Below are positions 39,037-49,622 of a stretch of 49,622 nucleotides of DNA, in pieces; position 1 is the stretch's first letter, and each line of letters opens with the position of its first letter. A program made the translations under genes and the position numbers. Source of the stretch: Octopus sinensis. Lineage: Eukaryota. The stretch covers positions 1 to 49,622 of the forward strand of contig NW_021835911.1 in NCBI RefSeq assembly GCF_006345805.1, in the 5' to 3' direction. The notes under the pieces were generated by a model. The model saw only the letters and a list, made by a program, of their open reading frames with translations. It did no database searches and was not told where the DNA came from.

Positions 39037-39284
39037 CCCGAAATAAGATTAAGATAATGTAAAAAATAAATATAACCTGAAGCAAATAACACCAAATATA
39101 AGTGCGTGTGTTATTTTTTATTGGCTATCTCTAAACTGGCAATATGACCATTCCGAAATATACAATAATATATATATATATATATGTGTGTGTGTGGGTG
39201 TGTGTGTTGTGTGTGTGTGTGTGTGTGTTGGGGGTGTGTGTTTTGTGTGTGTTGTGTGTGTATGTGTGTTTATGGGTGTGTGTG

Positions 39285-39485
39285 TGTTTGTTCTCCACCT
39301 CCGCCGCTTGACAACCGGTGTTGGTATGTTTATCTCCCCGTATCTTAGCGTTTCGGCAAAATATACTGATAGAATAAAGACCACGCTTAAAAACAAGTAT
39401 TGTGGTTGATACATTCCACTATAAATTTTTCAAGGAGTTGCCATAGCATGGCCGTAATCTAATTACTGAAACAAGTAAAAGATAG
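39285..39485 (+). mobile_element. SINE family A, 3' half
   Basis: cgcttgacaaccggtgttgg..gcgtttcggcaaa..gatagaataa..actgaaacaagtaaaaga. Confidence 0.7.
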
Positions 39486-39978
39486 AAATATAAAAAAAAA
39501 ATATACATACGAGTCGCGAACTCCTAAAGTTTAAGTATGCTCTACCGGCCATTCTCCAAACTTTCGATGTCATTTGCGTGTAAGAGAATGAAGGGTAGTG
39601 GCGAAAAAACCGGTTTGCTGGTGGTAGCTTTGTTTGTTCTTTAGATATTTAAATAGTTTCGTTCATTCAAAGTCGGTACTGAATAGTCAGTCATTGAAAA
39701 TACAAAATATACGAATAATGTTTAGCAATTTGAGACCATAAAGAGTTGCAATGAATCTATCAGATAAATATCTTACTACATAAATAGTAAATATTGTGTC
39801 AAAAATGTCGGTCAAAATGGCATTCCAGCAAAGTTGAAACAGAAGTAAAATGGCGGTGTACTTGCTCACTCAAATATCGTATATAAATACTTCTCATACA
39901 ATCACATAAGTATTTACACTCGTTGATGTATAACTGCTGTGTGTTTGTAAGTATGTAAAGGTATATGTGTGTATGTAC

Positions 39979-40009
<31 letters not shown>

Positions 40010-40125
40010 CGTGTGTAGGTATGTACGTGTGTCTGTATGTACATGTGAGTGTATGTAGATGTGTGCAGGTGAGTAGGTGGATATGTAGTTTGGTAAGTAG
40101 ATAGTTAGACAGATCAATAGTTATT

Positions 40126-40170
<45 letters not shown>

Positions 40171-40427
40171 GGATAGATAGATAGATAGACAGACAGATTA
40201 CATAGATAGGTTGATAAATAGACAGACAAACAGACAGAGAGATAGATAGGTAGATAGAAAGGTAGATAGATAGAGAGGTAGATAGATAGGTAGAGATATT
40301 TACTTATATAGAATGATGAGCATTTTAATATACACTAATATTTACTAAAATAATGGATGTTTATCGATAGATAGCACTGTATCTTCCTCTTCCTTTTCCT
40401 CTCTCTAATACTGAATACCCAAATCTG

Positions 40428-40459
<32 letters not shown>

Positions 40460-41009
40460 TAAAAGATTTGAACTTATACCATTTCGAACCCTAACAAGCT
40501 AGGTGAAGAAACTCATGCCGTTCAACTTCGACTGACATTGAGGAAAGAACTACACGCACCACGTCAGAAATTGTGAAAAACAGGCTTTTTCCTTCCTCTC
40601 CACATTTTTCTCTTTCTCTCCTCACACCACCATCTATGTTTTTATAAAGATTCAATATGACTGAACTTTCAATAAAGTATGTTTACTATGATTTTCATTG
40701 AACATTTAAACTTATATTACTATCTATACATATGAAACTCATTGAAGTCTCTGCGAACATTTTAATATTTGATCGCTTAAACATGTTTTCTGATTTTTAC
40801 CTTGTATCTTTAAACTCTTCTAAACCCTTTATTTTTTCATTTTTAACAATTGGTAAGCAAAAAATTGTCGAAACCGGTTTGGTATCTGAATTTATAAATC
40901 TACAAAACGACTACACGTTATGAGACTCATGTTGATTTTCAAACCCGAAAACAAATTCTCCTATATGTATGTATATATATATCATGTATTTATGTGTGTA
41001 TATTTTTTC

Positions 41010-41274
41010 TTCTTTCTCGAGCCATGCTTGGCTCATAAGGGCTGGTTTTCCGATTTCCTTGGCCTATAGGTTCCCCACCTGGACGGGATGCCGGTTCATC
41101 GAGGGTGAGCTGCAAGATGCAGGAGGAAAGAGTAAGGAAAAGTTGTGGCGAAAGGAGCCGCGTGGAGCTTACGTGTTTCGCTCATAAACACACACATCAC
41201 CCGGTCTGAGATTCCAACTCGCGATCCGTCGTCCGCGAGTCCGCTGCTCTAACCACTAGGCCATGTGCCTCCAC
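41010..41274 (-). mobile_element. SINE with family B-like tRNA head and a different 3' module
   Basis: Head matches 12480-12565; the 3' part does not match 12182-12380. Confidence 0.65.
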
Positions 41275-41435
41275 ACACACACAGACACACATATATTAGC
41301 CAACTCCGATGAGATTCGAATTTTAAATGATTGTGCGTATGGTAATTAATCTATAAAGGTATGGAATCGAAACAGCTGTCAGAGATGATGTTTCATTTTT
41401 AGTTAATAAATAAATGTTTTCTATTTTCTTATCTG

Positions 41436-41466
<31 letters not shown>

Positions 41467-41906
41467 CCATACATATATATATATGTATATATGTATGTAT
41501 GTATGCATGTATGTATGTATGTATGTTTGTATGTATGTATGTAAGTATGTATGTATACATGTATGTATTTACGTATGTATGTATGTATGTATGCATGCAT
41601 GTATGTATATGTGTGTGTATGTATGAAGGTATATTTCATTGTTCGAAGGGTGTATCGTGAATTAGACATAGCTATAAATAATGGTGTGTAGCAAATATTG
41701 GCTGAGAAAACGCTTTCGACTGAAAAAGTCGTAGGGTTTTAACGCAACATTCAGATAGTATTAGTTATAAAATTTATCTACTTCGTAAATTCACCGTTCC
41801 CCTAAAAAGTATTTCACATTTTCTCGAAATCTATAAATGCCTATGACGTCAATGTGTGTGTATGTGTGTGTCTTTGCACGCACACGCACATATATATATA
41901 TAATAT

Positions 41907-41944
<38 letters not shown>

Positions 41945-42759
41945 TGGTGTGTGGGGCTGGGTGATTACAAATCTGTACTGTCGTGATCGAAGAATAGTTC
42001 CGTTTTAATATATTCCTTTGAACAAAAGTCTACAGAGTGTGGCTTATTCTCATATCAAAGAGATCAAACAATGCAGGAGGCGAGCGGGGAGAATGCCAAA
42101 ATAGCAACAGCAACAGCAACAACAACAACCGTGACAGCCACAACAAAAACTACTACAAAAATTTCAACAACAACACCATCAAGAACAAAAGCCAAAATGG
42201 CGTGTAGTTTTCAACGTAGAATGTTCTGTTTAATATTCAAATTGATAATAGTATAACAGGACATGGGACAAGGGCCAAAGGAAAAAAAAATGAACGCAGA
42301 TATTTCATACACATACACCTACACACGCAACCGCATACACACACACACACACACACACACGCACATGCTTATAAATATATTTTCATACATATTTCACTAT
42401 TTGACCAAACATCTCAGCGGGAATGTTTATATTTACATATACATATACACTGGTGTGCGTGTGCGTATGTATGTGTGTGCATGTGTCTGTGTGTGTATGT
42501 CAGTGTGTGCGCGAGTGTGTGTATTCCGTGTGTGTGTATGTGTGCATACGCGTGTGTGTTTGCACATGTGTGTACATGTGTGTGTTTTTGTGTGTGCATG
42601 TGTCTCTGTTTGTGCGTGCGTGTGTATGTGCATGCGCGCGCGTCTGTGTATGTGTGTTGTATGCCTGTGTGTATGCGTACATGTGTGTATGTGTCCCTAT
42701 ATCTATATGTATATACGTATAAAACTCAAATGAAAGTGACCTTCGCAAATCATCCCGAC

Positions 42760-42990
42760 TCATAAGGAACAACCCCACCCCCCGGTTTCATGGCCTATAA
42801 ATTCTTCTGCTGGATAGGACGACAGTCCATAGAAATATCACTCATATTTGCCTGCTGAATGAACTGGGATAACATGAAACTAAGTGTTTTGCTCAAGAAC
42901 GCAATGCATTGACCGGTCCAGGAAACGAAACCACAATCGCACGATCATGAGTCCAACTCCCGAACCACTAAGCTACGCGCTCCCACTATA
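42760..42990 (-). mobile_element. Diverged tRNA-headed SINE
   Basis: gtgttttgctcaagaac..gaaacgaaacc..gagtccaactcccgaaccacta; A/B-box-like on the minus strand. Confidence 0.55.
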
Positions 42991-43022
42991 TATGTATAAA
43001 TGCATCCATACATTCATATATA

Positions 43023-43421
43023 CTAGCAGTATCGCCCGGCGTTGCTCGGGTTTGTAAGGGAAATAACTATATAAGCATTTTTAGAGAGTTATAGCCAAAA
43101 AATATCCAAAAAAATGCATTACAAATGGAAAAAAAATTATGGTTAAATATTTTTTTAAATCGTTGACTCATCGTAGACATTTTTAGAGAGTTACTTCCCT
43201 TATATAATAACAAAAAATGCATTAAAATGCAAAAAAATAATGGTAAATTATTTTTAAAATCGTACACTCATCGTAGACGCGCGCTAATACCCAGAAGGGC
43301 TCGATACGAATCCCGACTATAAGATACCCGGTTTTGGTTACACTGCACCGCAAAATGTGGGAGTAGTTAGGAATCTAAATCGTAGGAGACAGACACACAA
43401 CTTCACTTTTATATATAAAGA
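43023..43421 (-). mobile_element. Non-autonomous Helitron, second copy
   Basis: Reverse complement of 5992-6388; A|TC...CTAG|T; same hairpin. Confidence 0.85.
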
Positions 43422-43958
43422 TTACATGTATTTGAGATCGCTCTGCAGCAGAACGGGTCTAACAGTTTCCTGTGAAATTCGCAAACCTTCCGTCCCAGCG
43501 GAAGTTGTACTTCGTTGTCCTGAGATAACTTCGTTCCCTCTAAACCGTTCTCCAGTTATTTCATTTCGGTTATCCTCACACATTGGTATTCCGAGAAAGG
43601 ATCTTTCCACGGCCTTTTACCTCGTAGCGAATCGTTGTTTTTCTTCTTAAATGATTTCGTACGGAATGGAATAGAAGGGGAAATTCGAGAAAGAATTATC
43701 AGTGCATTGTGTCAAGCGACGTACAACGTCCAATGAAGTCCTCGATACAGGGTTATGGAGGTGATATTCATACGCACTCTGACACACACACATATCTATA
43801 TGCGCATATATGCGTTAGTGCACACACACACATATATCTATATACATGTATATACGTATATATACAATATATACGTATATACATGTATATTATATACATA
43901 TATATACCAATACACATGTGTATATAGATTACATATATGTATATATATATGAGTATAT

Positions 43959-44025
<67 letters not shown>

Positions 44026-44205
44026 CTTATAGATATAATATTATACACATATATACAACATACATATATATACATGTACATATATACATATATATATGAT
44101 ATATAATATATATATATATATATATACATATATGATAATGGAGCACAACTAAGCAAAACGATTCCAGATATCTGTCTGTATGTTTGTCCATCTATCTATC
44201 TATCA

Positions 44206-44259
<54 letters not shown>

Positions 44260-44779
44260 GTGTGTGTGTGTGTGTATGTATTTGTGTCAACACACACGCA
44301 CATATTCACACACTAAATGCAACAAAAAGAAACAGCGTGTGTGAGCTGAGGGTGTGCTCTGCTTGTGTATATACGTCTTTCTATGTCCGCGTCTGTGAGC
44401 TTAGCGTTGTTGGACCTAAAAGTACATGGGAAAAATCTATATCGAGTAAAGAATATGTAAATAATGTCAATGGGTTAATTCCCCTGCAATGACAGCCCCA
44501 TTCTGATCGTGTGAATTTTATGCGAATCGAAAACGATTCGAGATTCCTTAATCTTGTCTGTCACGAAATTTTCTTGAGACTCAGTCGCTAAGCAAATCCA
44601 TTTATTGGGATAAATTGGATTGTGAAGCAGTGTGTCTCTAGAACAGAATATTCTACAAACGTGATACATCTTACCCACACATACATTCGAAAATGTCGTC
44701 AGACCGTAATGTTTTATCGTGCGCATGCCAATTCCTAATACGCTCTTTCCCCCCTCTCTCTCTCTATCTATCTATTTAT

Positions 44780-44882
<103 letters not shown>

Positions 44883-44957
44883 TCTCCACTCTCTCTCTCT
44901 CTCTCTCTCTCTAGTTGTGAATGTAAGATTGTAGCACTATGCATTACTACATGTACG

Positions 44958-44990
<33 letters not shown>

Positions 44991-44994
44991 CACA

Positions 44995-45215
44995 GAAATT
45001 GTTCCTCGGAGTTTCACGTTCCTCGGAGTTTCACGTTCCCGTTCGTTGGACAGTTTTGTTTATATTCTAAACAAACTGTCCGGCGAACGGGAACGTGAAA
45101 CTCTGAGTATCAGCTTTTTGTGATATTCTTGTTGCTTTTTAATAAAGCATGTTACACTACATTCTGTATTTGAGTACTATTTTTTCCACCCTATTTCCTA
45201 TTATGTGCCTAATCT
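44995..45215 (+). mobile_element. HHR family 2 element with back-to-back inverted HHR pair
   Basis: Plus-strand HHR at 45076-45113, inverted copy at 45022-45053, 17-bp tandem repeat gttcctcggagtttcac. Confidence 0.7.
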
Positions 45216-45247
45216 GTTATATATATATTATATATATATATAATATA

Positions 45248-45289
<42 letters not shown>

Positions 45290-45755
45290 TATATATATAT
45301 GTATGTATGTATGTATATTAATTTATATGTATTGTATATATACATGTATATATATATATATGTCTATATATATATGTATGTACGTATGTATGAATATACG
45401 TATGTACCCGGGAAGGTCATACATACATACACACACACACACATATATATATATATGTATTAATATATAATATAATATATAATATATTATATATATATAT
45501 ATATATAATATGATTGATGTGCACGGACACATGGGTACATGCCTTCCTGATTACATAACACTCGTGTATATATCTGTTTGTGTGTTTGTGTGTGGGCGTA
45601 TGACGGAATAAATAGTCTACTCTGTCAGCGCAGGAAAAAGAAAAATTTCAAATCGACTGTGAAAAGTATAATACTATTAATTTCAACAAAAATTATTTTA
45701 TTCCTTAAATATTTTACTCTTGCATGACCTTCCCGTCGTACATACGTAAATCATA

Positions 45756-45794
<39 letters not shown>

Positions 45795-45799
45795 TTAAG

Positions 45800-46020
45800 A
45801 AGCAGTTCACAGTTCTGTCCCTAGCCACAGTTTATGAGTGCGGTTTTCTGGTTTCTGTGGATTAATTATTCCTGCCCACCCAATACGACGAACGGCACAC
45901 TGGTCCCTCACGAGATACTTACTTTTTGCCAAGTGAGCTCAGGAACACAACTCACAGCCTGGTCCGGGAATTGAACTCACGACCTCACGATCGTAAGCTC
46001 GACACTCTAACCACTAAGCC
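45800..46020 (-). mobile_element. Diverged tRNA-headed SINE
   Basis: gggaattgaactcacgacc..ctctaaccactaagcc gives B and A boxes on the minus strand. Confidence 0.55.
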
Positions 46021-46070
46021 CTTATATATATATATATATAATATATATATATATATATTATATAATATAA

Positions 46071-46277
46071 ACTTTATTTAAAGCAGAGAAATTCAACAAA
46101 ACCGTTCGTCGGACATTTTTTGCTTAGCAAAAACTGTCCGACGAACGGCAAGCGGGAAACTCAGAGTAACAGGTTTTGTTGAATTTTCTGCTGCTTTAAA
46201 TAAAGCATATTACTCTACCACTGGTATTTGAGTACTCTTTTTTCCACCTTGTTTCACATTTATGTGTTTACTCCGTT
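46071..46277 (+). mobile_element. HHR family 2 element with internal inverted half-HHR
   Basis: ctgt CCGACGA acggcaagcgg GAAA ctc a gag TA acag (46134-46172); 46102-46115 is the reverse complement of 46135-46148. Confidence 0.75.
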
Positions 46278-46791
46278 ATATATATATATATATACACATG
46301 CATGTATGTATATATATGTATATATATGTGTGTATATATGTATAGATATATATATATAGACATAAATATATATGTGTGTGTGTGTATTTGTATGCATGTG
46401 TGTGATAAAGAAGGACTCCCAGTGCTCAACAGGCAATCACATTGTCATTGGTTGACTTGGTGGTGATAAGGAATACATTTCTGATAAACAGTGCTCACAC
46501 TTGGAGACTAACAGTTTGGGAGCAAGGCCAAAAGAAGTATTGCACAACACGAATAGAGAAACGTCATTTAACCGACTCGAGAATTCTTTCTGAATAAATT
46601 TGGCGATGAAATTGGAGATCGATTCAGCTATACAGTTAAGCTATCTCTGCTTCCTTATCTTCTTTTAGATCTATCCTAGTGGAAATTGTTTTCGTTGCTA
46701 TACGTCTTGGCATTGCGTTTACTGATCTATGTTTACATCTCCAGCATCTGTTTGTTTATATATGTGTGTGTGTCTGTGTCTGTGACTGTGA

Positions 46792-46826
<35 letters not shown>

Positions 46827-46899
46827 CGTGCGTGAATGCTTAGATATATGTAAGTACAATTATATACAACGATAACTGAAATGAATGAATATATAAGTT

Positions 46900-46963
<64 letters not shown>

Positions 46964-47169
46964 CCACACAGACATAACAGAAGTATATATGCACCTCATA
47001 AACATCGCTTTATGTTTATTTTAACTTGAAAAGATTTATAGTTTTTTTTCATTAATTGACATTTTTGTGTTTCAGGTCCTATATGTGACTGTTTGATCAT
47101 GCTATATATAAAAGAAGCCTTGGAACTGTGTGAATATTAAAGATACCGTATTGCGAATTATTCTGAAGC

Positions 47170-47493
47170 TGGACATAGCTGGACATTCATCACTATGGAC
47201 ATTGTTTCGGCCATCTTGGAAACGTCTGCACCACTCGTACACTTGTGTGCAGCTCATACAATCCTCTCCATACACTCCCTGCAACTTTGCGTACGCCTTT
47301 GTCATGGTTAATGCGACGGTCACACGCTATGCACCTTCCTTCCAAGTACTGCTGTAAACATGAAAAGTGAGCTAGAACGGTAACACTTAGTGCGCATGCA
47401 CAGTAGAGTCCATGGTCAATCTGTGCCAAGCGGCTTCACTCTGCGTGCTTCAACTTCCTCAACAGTCCGGATACTTATTAATCAAACCTTTTA
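47170..47493 (-). mobile_element. Mariner (Tc1/mariner) 5' fragment: TIR-like end and N-terminal HTH
   Basis: MTKAYAKLQGVYGEDCMSCTQVYEWCRRFQDGRNNVHSDE matches the mariner HTH pattern (AYG..CMS.TQV.EW..RF..GR..V.DD); TIR-like aataagtatccggactg near 47463-47493. Confidence 0.75.
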
Positions 47494-47520
47494 TCTATCT
47501 ATCTATCTATCTATCTATCT

Positions 47521-47585
<65 letters not shown>

Positions 47586-47600
47586 ATATATATATATATA

Positions 47601-47636
<36 letters not shown>

Positions 47637-47654
47637 TACATATGATGATAATAA

Positions 47655-47810
47655 TATGACAACAAAAGAATGAATGAGACCTCGATGTTATGTAAATAGA
47701 GGAATTTATCTATAAATATAATATGTGACAATTAGTTGGTTGTCATAATAAAACTCAGAGTTTCGGATGCCAGGGCTGAAGTCTGCTTCGGCATCTCATC
47801 AGTTATTAAG
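47655..47810 (-). mobile_element. HHR family 3 short element next to (TA)n
   Basis: Tail shared with 5572-5670; HHR at 47746-47808. Confidence 0.7.
47746..47808 (-). ncRNA. Type I hammerhead-like motif with canonical CUGAUGA/GAAA core
   Basis: taataa CTGATGA gatgcc(gaag caga cttc agccct)ggcatc c GAAA ctc t gag TT ttatta. Confidence 0.7.
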
Positions 47811-48022
47811 ACAAACATAAACGCTATGCAAAAAAAAAAAAACGTTGAATATGAGAAATTACTCCATAATGTGGGTAAGTAAAACTTAATTCATAAATCT
47901 GCATATGCACACATATACACATATACATACACGTACGCACACACACACCACACACATATATATATATATGCATGTATGTATGTATGTGCATGTAAGTGTG
48001 TTCATATATATGTATATATTAT

Positions 48023-48072
<50 letters not shown>

Positions 48073-49622
48073 TTTATATAATATATATAGGTTTGAAGCA
48101 TAATGGGTTTTTCCCCAAAGATAACAATTTGATATATATATGTATATATACATTCGCATTCGCACACACATACACACACACGCACAAATACATTGGTGTT
48201 TATAGATTTGAAATATGTAACGCAAGTATGATTGAAATAAATGTAATTTCTATATTTTCTATACGAAAATTCTCACAGTTCTAGCTGTCAGCAATCTGAA
48301 GAATAATAAATAACATTAACAGTTTTATTAACAATGGCGTCGCTAACTAAGCCTGGTAGATTCTATTCTATGAGCTTGAAGGGGTGGGTGGGTGGGTTGT
48401 AGTTATGTGATTAAAACTTCGTCAGCCATTACATTATTACAATTCATGTTAATTTAAGATGTGTTGATATTTCAAAATTTTATAGCTTAAAATCATCGTT
48501 AAGATCACAATTATCGATTAAAAGATTAGCAATGAAATGAATTAATGCCGCTAAACACATAAAGCGTTTCGCATGCAACGGAAAGAGGAGTTGGTTCTGC
48601 CTTTCGATGTTAGCTTATATTATTATAATATAGAAACAAAGTTAGCAGAAGTCTGAGGGTGTTTGCCAAGATACATAAAGCTTGCGTGTTAGATCAAAGA
48701 TAAGTTTATACAAATTATCATCTTGCGTTTTAATGAAGATTTCATTTCATGATATCTCGGAGGTAATTTTAAGCAATTTTTCTAAAATATTTTATTTTAT
48801 TTCATTTCTGGTTCTTTCTTTGTAACTTTGAAAAAAAAAAAATTTTTTTTTTATAATTTCATTTATTCGTTTTATCTATTTTATTTCTGTTTATTTTTTT
48901 ATTTCTTTTATTTTTCTACTGTTTTTATTTTTGTGTGAAATAATCTTTCTGAAAATATACTTGCAGTTTGATAATGAGTGCATTAATTCTCTGAAAACTA
49001 TTTTAAATCTAGAAAGAACGAACAGAGGTGATGAACAGAGAGAGAGAGAGAGGAGGAGAGAGAGAAGAGAGAGAGGAAAGAGAGACAGACAACAGACGAC
49101 AGACAGAAAGACAGGAAGACGAGAGTTTTCCCACCATAACAACAAACCTCTGAGACTTGATAAATAATATACTCCATCACAGGCATCAGAAGTGCTGGAT
49201 CGAACGCAAATTGCTTTTAGCCATATATTCTGGTTTTATTTCTCTAATTATCAGCAGATCTCTATAGAATACCTGATTAAATTATTTATCAATTCACAGT
49301 GGGAATTCGATTCAAAAACACTACTGGTGTTTGCATTATTTTATTTATATATTATTCAATTATTATTATTATTACTATCATCATTATTATTATTTATATG
49401 TTTATTTTTTAAAATATCGTAAATATCAGATTTTAATTAGTTAATTAATCATCGGATTAATAAACTCGGTGAAAACTCAATCGCAATAAGTCCTTGAAAC
49501 GAAGGGCTCTTAATTTCCTATTGAAAAAAAATGTGCAATAAACTCTGCGTGTAGATTGTAACTAAATCATCGAACTGGTTGAGAGTTTAGAGCAGTCCAA
49601 GTCAATACTATGTTGAACAATT

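Larger units (their letters stand above)
34065..39167 (+). mobile_element. Near full-length Penelope-like retroelement with inverted 5' pseudo-LTR and direct 3' pseudo-LTR
   Basis: RT + C-terminal GIY-YIG; 34122-34602 is the reverse complement of 38679-39167; HHR-like motif in both pLTRs. Confidence 0.92.

Overview
Eukaryotic, AT-rich, repeat-saturated DNA. The SINE families and microsatellite density look octopus/cephalopod-like, but that is inference from memory, not a database match. I found no host protein-coding exon I can support, and nearly all track ORFs are microsatellite artefacts. Recognisable content: (1) two Penelope-like retroelements (PLEs), a 5'-truncated thumb + GIY-YIG fragment at 32207-32990 and a near full-length RT + GIY-YIG element at 34065-39167 with an inverted 5' pseudo-LTR, whose lesions look mostly like 1-nt indels; (2) many tRNA-derived SINE copies, two non-autonomous Helitrons, a hAT MITE, a fold-back MITE and a mariner 5' fragment; (3) a 1.43-kb tandem duplication. 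The most striking signal is about a dozen minimal type I hammerhead-ribozyme (HHR)-like motifs from about six unrelated small-repeat families. One family is a tRNA-headed SINE built as Pol III head + expandable trinucleotide microsatellite + HHR (4 copies, two forming a head-to-head ~800-bp palindrome). Three families share a CCGA instead of CUGA core, and fold-back inversions repeatedly break at or next to the HHR. All folds and alignments were done by eye; coordinates of degenerate repeats are approximate.
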